Source: a virus (lineage: Duplodnaviria; Caudoviricetes). Taken from it: a stretch of 52,513 nt of DNA. Positions 1 through 10,029 of this stretch are shown here, piece by piece. Below the pieces are notes generated by a model that saw nothing but the letters and a program-made list of their open reading frames with translations, made no database searches and had not been told where the DNA came from. The DNA is taken from positions 1-52,513 of the IMG/VR virus record IMGVR_UViG_3300025151_000049, one strand, 5' to 3'. A program made the translations under genes and the position numbers. How positions within the stretch are numbered: the stretch's first letter is position 1; every line of letters begins with the position of its first letter.

Positions 1-1
1 T

Positions 2-2593
2 TCTGCTTTTTTTAGTGGTATGTTGTCAGACTTTCAAATGTGGAACTCTACATGGACAGCAGAAGACGCAGAATATGATTACCTTAATCCAGAACAATTA
101 GCATTAAATAGAGGTGGTACATCACTAACTAACTCTAATCTTAAACTATGGTACCCAATGAATGAAGGTCATAGAGGTGATCAGTCTTATGTACTTGATG
201 CTTCTAATACAGGTATATGTGATAATATAGTTGATTCGGGAATAACAGGAGGAACAACTAAAGATGGTTGGGTAGATTTTGATACTGGAGATACTCAAGT
301 GACTGTAGATTCAGATTTAAATGCTATTAAATATACTTATTTAGATTCTACAAGTGGAATGTATACTTATTTAAGAGATAGTTATATATTGACAAAAGAT
401 TTAACTGTAGGAAATGTATATAAGATTTCATATAAAGTTAAAGTATCTGATTCTTCTTTTAATGTAAACTTTAAAGTTCAAGGAGGAAGTGTAACAGGCG
501 CACCTCAAGGTGGCGCAACTAACTCTACTGAATTTGTAGAGCAAAGCTTTAACATATTAGCAACTGATGCAACAGGTCACTATATATTTAGCGCATTAAC
601 GGGAACCTTGGTTTCTGGGCAATCTACTGTATGGTTAAAAGATTTTAAAGTAGAGCCAATAAACGATAAACACAACGCAACAACTGTATTTTATGGTGAT
701 GATTTATTTGATAGTGGTGTTGGAGATTATGGAGATAGCACAGGAGCGTGGGTTGCTGAAGGAAATAATACTATAGCTAACGATACTAGTGCTTTAAAAA
801 TTACTTATGTAGATGATGATGATGGTGCTAAATTGTTTTTAAAAGATTCTGCAGACTTAACGACAGATTTAACTGTAGGTAGAAGATATAGATTAACATT
901 TACATATAAAGTAAATAAAAATGATGGTGGTGATTTAAGGGCGCAAATAAATCAAGGAGATGGTACTTTTCAAACTACAGGTATTCTTTCACAAACAAGT
1001 TTTACAACTATTACAAAAGATTTTACTGCTATGCATGCTACTAATGCTAATTTTAGATTTAATCAAATGGATTCAGGCGATATACTTCATATAAAAGATG
1101 TATCTTTAAAAGAAATAGGTATAGCATCAGGATGGACAGATGCAGACCAACAACTTGATATACCTCAAACAGCGTTGCAGTCTTATAATCAGTTGGCTTG
1201 GAATCATAACCCTGCTCCATCAAACCATCCAATAGGTACAGTAGCTTATTCTCCAAATTTTGGAACTGATAGTTTTGTTGTTAGTTTTAGTATGTTTCCT
1301 AATGTAGCTGAAGATGCTAGATTTATGTTTCAAAATGAAAGTGGAAGTGATGGTAGATTTGTGTTTTACTACGAAAATACTAAAGAATTAGAAATTTATG
1401 TAGACTCAGAATCTAGTACTAGTTATTTAGATATAACAGGTACAATCCTTGAGCCTGGACAATGGCATCATATTATAGCTGTATTTAATAGAACCGCTGG
1501 TACAGTAACAGCTTATGTAAACGGAGAAGCTCAATCTCAATCAGCAGATATATCAAGTGTAACTGGCACTATAAATGGAGGCGGTCAATTTCTTCCATAT
1601 AGTTTTAGTAATACTGATGATTTTCAAGGATGTTTGACTGAAATAGCTTTTTGGAAAAATACTACATTTAGTGATTCAGATGCAAATGAACTATATAATG
1701 AAGGTTTAATTTTAGATGCAAGAGAGCATAGTAAATCTTCTACTTTAATAAACTATTGGAAAAATAATGGTTTAGCTGAATGGGAAGATTTAGTTGGAAG
1801 TAATAATTTAAAAAATAATAATATGACAGAAACAATGCTTATTACAGCAGGTGTAGACAGTTCAAGAGATTCACAAGGGTTTTTTATGAATAGACAAAGA
1901 ACTGCTAATAGTTTGAATTTAAATAATTTGCATGGTTCATCTGTAGATTCTCCTACTTCTTATGTATTGGTAAAAGACTCTCCTTCTTTTGACCATGTAG
2001 ATACTAGTAAAAGCTATTTTTCTATTTCGCTGTGGTACAAAAGGGCTAATTTAAGTGATGAAGGAGTTTTATTTGCTAAATATGATACAAATAGTAAAAG
2101 AGAATTTAATATTGAAATGAGAGGTGATGGTGCGTTTGAAATGCAATATGGAGCAAATAGTGGAGCAGGATATAATAGAATTAAAGCACGAACTGGAGCT
2201 CAAGATGATACTGATTGGCATCATATAGGATTTGTATATAATGGTAATTCAAGTGATCCAGAAACACCAGAAGCTTGGGCTTCTGATGCAACAGGTAGAT
2301 TCCAAATGAATGGGAGAGTTAGAGTATGGATAGATGGAACTGAAATAGCAGACGGAGCAGATGAATGGCAATGGACTGCAGGAACAAGTGGTCATGAGGC
2401 AGTGCCTCCAGCACAAATTACTGAATTATCTTCAGATGTTTCAATTGGAAATATTTTAGCAACTGGAGCTCCCTATAATTCAGATGCTTATTGGTTTGAT
2501 GGACAAATAGATGATGTATTATTTTATTCTAAATCATTGTCAGAAGATGAAATTAAAAGAAATTATAAAGCAGGTAAAAGGAGTCACAAATAA
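2..2593 (+). CDS. LamG/concanavalin-A-like multi-domain virion protein (tail fibre/receptor-binding or capsid appendage); 5'-truncated
   Basis: Frame is open upstream of the ATG at 20 (SAFFSGM). LamG signatures WHHIIAVF...YVNG...FQGCLTEIAFW and WHHIGFVY...WIDG...FDGQIDDVLFY, plus two CBM4-like repeats (DLTVGNVYKISYKVKV / DLTVGRRYRLTFTYKV). Confidence 0.75.
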   Translation, partial: SAFFSGMLSDFQMWNSTWTAEDAEYDYLNPEQLALNRGGTSLTNSNLKLWYPMNEGHRGDQSYVLDASNTGICDNIVDSGITGGTTKDGWVDFDTGDTQVTVDSDLNAIKYTYLDSTSGMYTYLRDSYILTKDLTVGNVYKISYKVKVSDSSFNVNFKVQGGSVTGAPQGGATNSTEFVEQSFNILATDATGHYIFSALTGTLVSGQSTVWLKDFKVEPINDKHNATTVFYGDDLFDSGVGDYGDSTGAWVAEGNNTIANDTSALKITYVDDDDGAKLFLKDSADLTTDLTVGRRYRLTFTYKVNKNDGGDLRAQINQGDGTFQTTGILSQTSFTTITKDFTAMHATNANFRFNQMDSGDILHIKDVSLKEIGIASGWTDADQQLDIPQTALQSYNQLAWNHNPAPSNHPIGTVAYSPNFGTDSFVVSFSMFPNVAEDARFMFQNESGSDGRFVFYYENTKELEIYVDSESSTSYLDITGTILEPGQWHHIIAVFNRTAGTVTAYVNGEAQSQSADISSVTGTINGGGQFLPYSFSNTDDFQGCLTEIAFWKNTTFSDSDANELYNEGLILDAREHSKSSTLINYWKNNGLAEWEDLVGSNNLKNNNMTETMLITAGVDSSRDSQGFFMNRQRTANSLNLNNLHGSSVDSPTSYVLVKDSPSFDHVDTSKSYFSISLWYKRANLSDEGVLFAKYDTNSKREFNIEMRGDGAFEMQYGANSGAGYNRIKARTGAQDDTDWHHIGFVYNGNSSDPETPEAWASDATGRFQMNGRVRVWIDGTEIADGADEWQWTAGTSGHEAVPPAQITELSSDVSIGNILATGAPYNSDAYWFDGQIDDVLFYSKSLSEDEIKRNYKAGKRSHK

Positions 2594-2946
2594 TGGCACA
2601 TTATGAAATGTATTTTTGTATACCTAGCAGTGCATTTAACAGTGCTGTTGGTGACAAGATAAAAGGGTTATACCCTATAGTAGAATCAGTTAATGAAGAA
2701 ACTGATGAAATAACTTATATGTCAGCACCTACATGGTATGATATTATAATGAGCGGTCAAGTAGGTCCACCTAGGTATTCACACGATAAGTCTTATGTTA
2801 TTATTAAAGGTGAATGGTCTATGAAAGATGGTGTATTATCAGAACTTATGTCACTAGGTGAAGGATTAAATTATCCTAACTTTACTGTATTAACACAACA
2901 AGAAGCAAGAGTGCTTGCTAGTAGCAGCACATTTACAGGAGAATAA
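2593..2946 (+). CDS. Small protein coupled to the LamG protein (possible fibre chaperone/accessory)
   Basis: 117-aa ORF with TAATG overlaps on both sides; function inferred from position only. Confidence 0.45.
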   Translation: MAHYEMYFCIPSSAFNSAVGDKIKGLYPIVESVNEETDEITYMSAPTWYDIIMSGQVGPPRYSHDKSYVIIKGEWSMKDGVLSELMSLGEGLNYPNFTVLTQQEARVLASSSTFTGE

Positions 2947-3107
2947 TGGATATAGATACACTAAAATCAGTAGCTGTAGGTAGTGGTGGTATAACAATAC
3001 AATTTTTAGATATGTTACCAGATATGGTACGTGTAGGGGTTGGAATTATTACTATCGTATATTTTGGTTATAAAATAGCATTACTAAGAAAACAATTAAA
3101 AAACTAA
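2946..3107 (+). CDS. Small membrane protein, holin candidate (53 aa, not in ORF track)
   Basis: MDIDTLKSVAVGSGGITIQFLDMLPDMVRVGVGIITIVYFGYKIALLRKQLKN: hydrophobic segment plus basic C-tail; TAATG coupling. Confidence 0.5.
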   Translation: MDIDTLKSVAVGSGGITIQFLDMLPDMVRVGVGIITIVYFGYKIALLRKQLKN

Positions 3108-3126
3108 ACTAACAAAAGGGGGAGTT

Positions 3127-3903
3127 ATGGATAAAGGAGTTGTAAAAAGAGTCGTAGTAACGCCAGATAAACATTTTCCGTTACATGATCAACCAGCCAT
3201 AAATTGTCTAAAAAAGACAATAGAAGTAGTTAAACCAGACGCTTATGTAGATTTAGGCGATGTAGGGGAATGGGAAGCATTTAGTGCATGGAAGTTTAAA
3301 AGAAAAAAAGCTCCACCACTAGAATATTTAATAAAAGATTTTGATAAGGATGTAAAAGATGTTAACAAAGGAATGGATCAGATTGATGAGTCTTTGGACA
3401 AAGCAAACTGTAAAGAAAAGTATATTACTGAGGGTAATCATGACAATTGGCTTAATTTGGCAGTTGAGAAATATCCCTATATTCCTCAGTATAGATTTGC
3501 TTCTGCTGTTAAGCTTTCTGACCGTGGGTACAAATATATACCCTTCGGGAAACACCTTAAATTGGGAAAACTATACTTTTATCATGGCCATCAATATGGT
3601 GGTCAATATCATGCTGCTAACCATATTCGGAAACTTGGATGCAATATAATGTACGGGCATTGGCACGATTTACAACAGATGTCAATGACTCACATGGATG
3701 GACCGAAAAGTGCTTGGAGTATTGGATGTTTAAAAGATATGGGACCAAAGTCAAATGAGTGGTTGGATAATAGAAGAATTAATTGGGCTCATGCTTTTGC
3801 CATCGTTGATTTTTACGCTAGAGGGCTGTTTACAGTTCATATTATCCAAATTATTAACGGAAGAACATCATTATGGGGAGAGCTAATAGATGGGAATAAA
3901 TAA
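3127..3903 (+). CDS. Calcineurin-like metallophosphoesterase
   Basis: Motifs DxH (PDKH), GD (LGDVGE), GNHD, HGH and GHxH (GHWH) in canonical order; GGGGGAG RBS. Confidence 0.85.
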   Translation: MDKGVVKRVVVTPDKHFPLHDQPAINCLKKTIEVVKPDAYVDLGDVGEWEAFSAWKFKRKKAPPLEYLIKDFDKDVKDVNKGMDQIDESLDKANCKEKYITEGNHDNWLNLAVEKYPYIPQYRFASAVKLSDRGYKYIPFGKHLKLGKLYFYHGHQYGGQYHAANHIRKLGCNIMYGHWHDLQQMSMTHMDGPKSAWSIGCLKDMGPKSNEWLDNRRINWAHAFAIVDFYARGLFTVHIIQIINGRTSLWGELIDGNK

Positions 3904-4196
3904 TGGATATGATTACAATATTGGAAGAATTTGGCTTACCCGTGGCAGTAGCCATGGCGTTCGGGTTCTTCATTTGGAAACAAAACAGGTTCATCCAACA
4001 TACTCTTATGCAAGAACTAGACCAAGACTTCAAGAGGTTGGAAGGTATTATTATTAAGCTGATAGATCAGCAAAAGATAATACAAATCGAACAGAAGGGG
4101 TTAAATAGGCAATATAAAGCCTTAGTGGAGATAATAGCCACTTTATCAGGAAATGGCCTAAAACATAAGTTTCTGCGCAAAACAGAAGAAGATTAA
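3903..4196 (+). CDS. Single-TM membrane protein with coiled-coil tail (holin-like)
   Basis: N-terminal FGLPVAVAMAFGFFIW followed by a helical, charged C-terminus. Confidence 0.5.
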   Translation: MDMITILEEFGLPVAVAMAFGFFIWKQNRFIQHTLMQELDQDFKRLEGIIIKLIDQQKIIQIEQKGLNRQYKALVEIIATLSGNGLKHKFLRKTEED

Positions 4197-4212
4197 GTAA
4201 AAGGAGATAGTT

Positions 4213-4311
4213 ATGCCATACGGTAAAGGTACATATGGGTCTAAAGTAGGAAGACCTCCAAAAAAAAGAAAACCTGCTAAACCTAAACCTAAAATGAAAA
4301 GGAGAAAATAA
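4213..4311 (+). CDS. 32-aa highly basic peptide MPYGKGTYGSKVGRPPKK... (not in ORF track)
   Basis: AAGGAG RBS; Lys/Arg/Pro-rich with an AT-hook-like GRP; stop overlaps the next ATG. Confidence 0.65.
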   Translation: MPYGKGTYGSKVGRPPKKRKPAKPKPKMKRRK

Positions 4312-4487
4312 TGGTAGACATGATTATAGCTTACCTAAAAAGTAATAGAGAAGAAATAATTGATGGTATTAACAAAAAAGTTAATTTACCTTTAATTTCT
4401 GAAGCTAAAGAAGAAAAAATCTTTGGTTCTTTATTTGATGCTTTCATGGAAGTACTTGAAGGCGTATTGAATAAAAAAGGTAAGTAA
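4311..4487 (+). CDS. Hypothetical 58-aa protein (not in ORF track)
   Basis: AGGAG RBS; MVDMIIAYLKSNREEIIDGINKKVNLPLISEAKEE...; fills the gap exactly up to the ATG at 4488. Confidence 0.6.
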   Translation: MVDMIIAYLKSNREEIIDGINKKVNLPLISEAKEEKIFGSLFDAFMEVLEGVLNKKGK

Positions 4488-7400
4488 ATGCCAAAAGAAA
4501 TCTTAAAAGTTGATTCTTTTGAGGGGGGTATTAATTCTAAGCGTCAAGCAAGAGACGTTGAGGATAATGAGTCTCCAGTCATTGTAGATACCAATGTAGA
4601 TACTATTGGTAAAATATCTTTGTCTGGAGGCAGTGTCCCTTATATTTCAGAAGCATCTCCTATTAATATAAAAGAGCCTGGTTATGGTTTAATGATCACT
4701 AATACGGATTATGATATTGTATCTAATCCAAATAGTGATGATTCAGAAACTACTACAGGATTAATGGGAGGATCATATTTTCATCCAGAAGGATTAGGTA
4801 TTGGTGGTAAATTTAGTTTAAATAATCTGAGATTATATGAGTTTAGTGAAAATCCAGGTATAGAAGCAATATTTAAATTATATGATCCACCAGAATTAGA
4901 AACTGATTTAGGTAATACTCCTAAATTACTTATAAGAGAGAATGAAAACGAAACTTGGACAGAGCTAACAGATGGGCTTGATTTATATGTAAATCCAGAT
5001 AATGTAACTGGTCCAATAAGGCCTTTATTTGAAAAGATAAATGGTGCTTTTAGGATTCAAGATACAAATTTTCAAAATAACAATAACTTTACTAAATGGT
5101 TTGGAGTAATTGATGACACTAAATTTATGGGTCCTAAAAATATAAATTTTGATGATAGATATGCTCCATCTTGGTCTTCTGTTAGAGCATGGTTATACAC
5201 ACATGCGTATCCTTCTTCTCCTTACATTGTAGATCGTGGTATATCTCAAGAATTAAATGGAGAACACTTTTCTATAATTCAGAGCTGGGAAGATATACTT
5301 AGTGGAGATATTAGTGATTATGCAAGCACAATAGATGAAGCTGTCGATCTTGCAGAAACTGATATAAATGTTACAACTGGCACAGGGTCAACATTTTCTG
5401 CAGGGGACTTATTAATATTTGCTCACGTAGATGGTCTAGAGTATGATTTTGAAAATGATGAATTTATAGATCCATATTTTGTAGGGACACATGAATTAGT
5501 TATAGTTGATAGTGTTTCTAGTGATGTTTTAACAGTAACAAGAGCATTTTCAGGAGGTCAGCAATATAAATTTGCACAGGGTGATTTAGTTTTTAAAATT
5601 GGTTCTTTTAATGGACAATGGGATGGAGGTGTTCATGATGATATATTTGGACCTAAAAATTGGGGTTATATGCAAACAAGCTCAAACTCTGTTTCTTCTA
5701 CTATGATACCATTTTCAGCAATTGCTAATGATTTTAGCATTTCTACAACTTACGATGATACAAATCCTAGTTTAGTTGCTGATAATGCTACTGTTTCAAA
5801 TGCAACCCAATATGATGCAGATGCAGATACAGGATGGGGTAGAGCAACAGATGGTGTGACAGGATGGTGGAATGAATTTGATGGGGTTCAATTTATGTAT
5901 GAGTTTGTTGATGAAGCAGCTACTGGTACTACATTTTTATTAGGCCATAGATATGATTTTTATATTTCAGCAATTTATGATCAAGCTCCTGGTTCAGCAC
6001 TTTCTCAAGAATCTGCTTTAAAAAAGATTACTCCTGGTAATAGTGGTCCATTAAGAAGAAATTCTAATTTATATGCTACTCTTACAGTAAAATGGACAGG
6101 AACAAATGAAGATGGAACTTATAATGCAAATAAGCCTTGTAATAGTACTTCTGATAATACTGCTAACTCTGAAGCTACAGATACATCAAATCCATTATAT
6201 AATAAATCATTACATATAAACCCTAGAGTTACAGGAGTTAGAATTTATTGTAAAGATTCTACAGAAAATACAGATCCTAAACTTTTATTAGAAGCTTGGT
6301 TTGATCAAGAGGGTGGCGTAAGAAGACAAGATGCATCTAAATGGCAACCTTGGTGTCCTATTAACTATGGAGACTCATCAAATGTAAAACTATCTTATTA
6401 TAGACTTGGTGCAAAAAGTGACTACTTTACAGCAGTTGATTCTCCTCATTATTTAAATTTATACAAAATAACTGGAGCTCATGTTTCAGATACTTCTAGT
6501 GACACATCTCAAGAAGAAGCTTTCTTTTTTGAAGGTCCACCAGTAGGGGTAGGTTATAGAGATGAAAATAATCATGATGGAACTAGATTAGAAAATATAA
6601 AATATAAAACTTCTGCTACAGTAGGAGGTGTTAGATTTGTAGGAAATGTTATGATGCCTGGAAATTCTTTTGGTCAAGGAGCTCAAAATAGAGTGTATGG
6701 AGATAGGATGTTACAATGCTCAGTATCAGGCGCTGTAGATAGTTTTCCTGCAAATAATTGGATAGATGTAGCTTCTGATGATGGTGATGAAATTACTCAC
6801 TTGCATGCTTATAATGATAATTTATTACAATTTAAACATAATGTATTGTATGTAATATCTGTTTTTAATGAAAAGAATATAAGTCCTACTGTTATAGGAA
6901 CGTATAAACATAAAGGTGTATCTAAAAATTATCACGTAACAGATATAGAAGGTGGTGTAGCTTGGATTAATAAGTTTGGAGCTTTTATTTATGATGGTTC
7001 AGCAGTTACAAATATATTATATGAAAAAATTTCAAAAAATGAATGGAATTGGAGTGAATACAAATCTATAGGTTATGACGCTATTTCAAGAAAACTTATT
7101 ATTTTAAATGATATAAATAGTGGATCTACTGTAGATGGGTGGAGTTATTTTATAGATACTGGAGCATGGACTAAATTATCAGACAAATTTTCTGTAGCAG
7201 GATTAAAATCTAACTTTCAAACTAACAATGAAGGTAATTTAATATTTACAACTTACAATTCTGCTTCTGCTTTTGACAATAGAGTTAATGGATTAGTTTT
7301 CCAAAAAACAGGGGACATTACTACTGGGGAACATATGATTTCTTGTGCATCTGATACTCCATTAGATCAAAATGGTAATAATTTTTCTTTTAATGACTAT

Positions 7401-8750
7401 GTTTCAGAAAATGGTAAAGTTTTAAATATAACAAATACAGGAATAAGTCAATCTGATGCAATTACTTTAAATGCTAAATTTACACATGTTTATGTAAGAA
7501 GTGATTGGAATTTTGTTGGAGATAATTTAAATAAACTTATTGTAAGGTTAAATATTGAAGAATCACATCTTAGTAGAGGAGACTATTTATATATTAATCC
7601 TTCTAGCTCAATATATGTTACAGATTCTTTAAATACAAAACGTGAAGTTGAAAATATGGAAGGTGTTTGGGAAATAGAAGAGGTTAGCTTTGCAGCAGAT
7701 GGTAACATTACTGATGGAGAAGGTTTAACAGATTTTCCTAATTGGTTTTTAATTAAAAAACATACAAATCTAATTTCTTCTGGACCAGGACATTCTTTAG
7801 TAAAATTAGGTGGTAATGAAAGTAATTTAATGCTACTTGAAGATACATTGTTAGAATTGACTGATTTGTCAGGAAATGCAAACCCTATAACAGTTTGGGA
7901 AACTTTAAGACAAAATAGATACAATTCTTTAAATCTTGTAAATACTCATTTAATTCCTAAACATAATTATTTTGATGGAAATTACTATATTAAACAAGTT
8001 ATAGATGATGGGAAGGGTGTTATTGTTTCAAAAGATTATGGTGAAGCTAGGTATGGATATAATGATGAAACTGGGTATCAATTTAAATATACAAGATTAT
8101 ATCAAAACTTTTTAAACCAATTATTACCTGAATCAACTCCTACTATTGTTCAAACAAATGCAGATTATTATCCTGGATTTATATTTAGTAATTTTCAAGT
8201 TTTTGATAGAAATTCAGTAGGTAGTAAGTTTTTTGAAATTAGAACAAAAGAATTAGATTTTGAGAAACCAGGAAGTAATAAACATATACATAAAGTATAT
8301 ATTACATATGAATGCAATCAATCTCTTCCAGTTGTAAAAGTAGTAGGTATAGTTAAAACAGAAGATGGTACCTTTGCAATATATCCAAATATAGATAAAT
8401 CAAAATATTATGGAGTTAATTATATAGATTTATTATCAGATATTCAAATAAATTCTAACTTGCAAGATGGAGATATATATTCTTTAAGCTCTACAGAAAG
8501 TGGAGAACATGTAGCTTCTATAGTTTTTAATGATCCAGACAAGTTGTTAAAAAAGGCTAAATCATTTCAAGTTATATTAATTAATTCAACAAAATCAATT
8601 ATAGATGAAAATATGCAATATGTATCTAATTCTTCTCAAGACGTTTTAGAATCTGCAATTCCTGCAGGTGGTGGAGGATTAATAGAAACTAGTCCTAATT
8701 TTGTTTTAAATGATATTAATATAGTTTATAAGGAAAAACGTGTTAAATAA
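4488..8750 (+). CDS. Large tail protein (nozzle/muzzle/stabilisation-like, beta-rich)
   Basis: N-terminal FEGGINS...RD and beta-propeller-like segments (DGDEITHL...LLQFK...LYVI; GVAWINKFGAFIYDG) resemble podovirus nozzle proteins; lies just before the putative ejected proteins. Confidence 0.6.
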   Translation: MPKEILKVDSFEGGINSKRQARDVEDNESPVIVDTNVDTIGKISLSGGSVPYISEASPINIKEPGYGLMITNTDYDIVSNPNSDDSETTTGLMGGSYFHPEGLGIGGKFSLNNLRLYEFSENPGIEAIFKLYDPPELETDLGNTPKLLIRENENETWTELTDGLDLYVNPDNVTGPIRPLFEKINGAFRIQDTNFQNNNNFTKWFGVIDDTKFMGPKNINFDDRYAPSWSSVRAWLYTHAYPSSPYIVDRGISQELNGEHFSIIQSWEDILSGDISDYASTIDEAVDLAETDINVTTGTGSTFSAGDLLIFAHVDGLEYDFENDEFIDPYFVGTHELVIVDSVSSDVLTVTRAFSGGQQYKFAQGDLVFKIGSFNGQWDGGVHDDIFGPKNWGYMQTSSNSVSSTMIPFSAIANDFSISTTYDDTNPSLVADNATVSNATQYDADADTGWGRATDGVTGWWNEFDGVQFMYEFVDEAATGTTFLLGHRYDFYISAIYDQAPGSALSQESALKKITPGNSGPLRRNSNLYATLTVKWTGTNEDGTYNANKPCNSTSDNTANSEATDTSNPLYNKSLHINPRVTGVRIYCKDSTENTDPKLLLEAWFDQEGGVRRQDASKWQPWCPINYGDSSNVKLSYYRLGAKSDYFTAVDSPHYLNLYKITGAHVSDTSSDTSQEEAFFFEGPPVGVGYRDENNHDGTRLENIKYKTSATVGGVRFVGNVMMPGNSFGQGAQNRVYGDRMLQCSVSGAVDSFPANNWIDVASDDGDEITHLHAYNDNLLQFKHNVLYVISVFNEKNISPTVIGTYKHKGVSKNYHVTDIEGGVAWINKFGAFIYDGSAVTNILYEKISKNEWNWSEYKSIGYDAISRKLIILNDINSGSTVDGWSYFIDTGAWTKLSDKFSVAGLKSNFQTNNEGNLIFTTYNSASAFDNRVNGLVFQKTGDITTGEHMISCASDTPLDQNGNNFSFNDYVSENGKVLNITNTGISQSDAITLNAKFTHVYVRSDWNFVGDNLNKLIVRLNIEESHLSRGDYLYINPSSSIYVTDSLNTKREVENMEGVWEIEEVSFAADGNITDGEGLTDFPNWFLIKKHTNLISSGPGHSLVKLGGNESNLMLLEDTLLELTDLSGNANPITVWETLRQNRYNSLNLVNTHLIPKHNYFDGNYYIKQVIDDGKGVIVSKDYGEARYGYNDETGYQFKYTRLYQNFLNQLLPESTPTIVQTNADYYPGFIFSNFQVFDRNSVGSKFFEIRTKELDFEKPGSNKHIHKVYITYECNQSLPVVKVVGIVKTEDGTFAIYPNIDKSKYYGVNYIDLLSDIQINSNLQDGDIYSLSSTESGEHVASIVFNDPDKLLKKAKSFQVILINSTKSIIDENMQYVSNSSQDVLESAIPAGGGGLIETSPNFVLNDINIVYKEKRVK

Positions 8751-9327
8751 AATGAAAAATAATACAAGTATGATTACTTCTGGTCCTAATCCACCTAGGA
8801 AAACTGATGGCGTTTCAGGATCTATACATGTTTGTTTTAATAGTAATGTTCCTACTTTGTATGCTAAATATAAAGGATCTTGGTATAAAACAACATTAGA
8901 AGCTATGAATGCTGTAGATAGAAAAGAATTATTAAGAGTTGTAAAAATACATCAATGGTATGCAACAGATGGAAATGCAGACTATATTCCATTTGGAGCA
9001 TCACAAGTAGAAAGTGACTCAACAACAGATTCTTTAAATGATGATACATTATTTATACCTCCATATGATGGAGAATTAGAATCTATAGTTATTGTATCAG
9101 CTACAGGTATGGGAGCAGCAGCAGGTAATACTAGAATACAATTAAGAGTTAATGGTACAAATGGAGCCTTTATTCAAGAAACAATTGCTAATGAGCTTCC
9201 TAAAAAATATACATTTAAAAAAGATAATACATTTAGAGCTCATGATAGAGTAAGGATTAAAATTACACCAGGTGCAAATCCTAAAAATGTTACTGCTACA
9301 AGTATCTGGAAATATAAGGTTGCATAA
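8740..9327 (+). CDS. Putative tail-associated structural protein
   Basis: 195-aa ORF; LYAKYKGSW motif and beta-sandwich-like C-terminus. Confidence 0.45.
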   Translation: MLNKMKNNTSMITSGPNPPRKTDGVSGSIHVCFNSNVPTLYAKYKGSWYKTTLEAMNAVDRKELLRVVKIHQWYATDGNADYIPFGASQVESDSTTDSLNDDTLFIPPYDGELESIVIVSATGMGAAAGNTRIQLRVNGTNGAFIQETIANELPKKYTFKKDNTFRAHDRVRIKITPGANPKNVTATSIWKYKVA

Positions 9328-9349
9328 TTACTATGAGAGTTGCTATATT
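9320..9349 (+). promoter_or_regulatory. Sigma70-like promoter TTGCAT-N18-TATATT upstream of the ejected-protein/RNAP block
   Basis: Same motif and spacing as four other sites; lies before the AAGGAG RBS of 9373. Confidence 0.55.
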
Positions 9350-9372
9350 AAATTGGTATAAAGGAGACAAAA

Positions 9373-10026
9373 ATGGCTAGTTTAGGTCGTCAAATAAACA
9401 GAGCAAAGCGTAAAGCCGCTATTAAAAACTTAGAAGCTTTAAGAGCCTTACAAGCAAGTCAAGCTGAATCTCGTATAGGAGGTTCAATGGGAAGCCTTTT
9501 AGGAAGAGTTGGAGGCACGCTTTTAGGTGCATTTACAGCAATGAACCCTATTATGTTAGCATTAGCTGCAGGAGCATTAGCTGGTGGAGGTCAGTACTTA
9601 GGAGGCCTTAAAGGAGCCAAGAAGACGGATAAAAAGAGAAGAAAATTAATGGAAAATATGAATTATGGATATGGCACTGCAGAACTTGGAAGAGCTGCTG
9701 AAGATATGGGAGATCAAGTTACTAATTTAAGAGATTCTTCAATTCAAACAGGAGTAACAGATGCTGCTAGCACATTTGCTTTAGCTAAAGGTAGTCAATA
9801 TTTAAAAAGCCTTGGACAAAAATCAAGAATAAGTAAGGATGTGGGGAAAATTATGGAAGGTGCAGATGATATGGATATAACTAATATTGTAAAAAGTACT
9901 GAAAAGTTAAATAAAACTTATAAGCCAATGAGTGGCGCAGAGTACTTAGGTAAAGTTATAGGAATGAAATCTGATAATGATCTCATGAAAAAATATAAAG
10001 CAGATTTAGCAAAATTAAAAGGATAA
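9373..10026 (+). CDS. Putative DNA-ejection/pilot protein
   Basis: Gly/Ala-rich hydrophobic stretch (GSLLGRVGGTLLGAF...ALAAGALAGGGQ); position after tail genes. Confidence 0.5.
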   Translation: MASLGRQINRAKRKAAIKNLEALRALQASQAESRIGGSMGSLLGRVGGTLLGAFTAMNPIMLALAAGALAGGGQYLGGLKGAKKTDKKRRKLMENMNYGYGTAELGRAAEDMGDQVTNLRDSSIQTGVTDAASTFALAKGSQYLKSLGQKSRISKDVGKIMEGADDMDITNIVKSTEKLNKTYKPMSGAEYLGKVIGMKSDNDLMKKYKADLAKLKG

Positions 10027-10029
10027 ATT

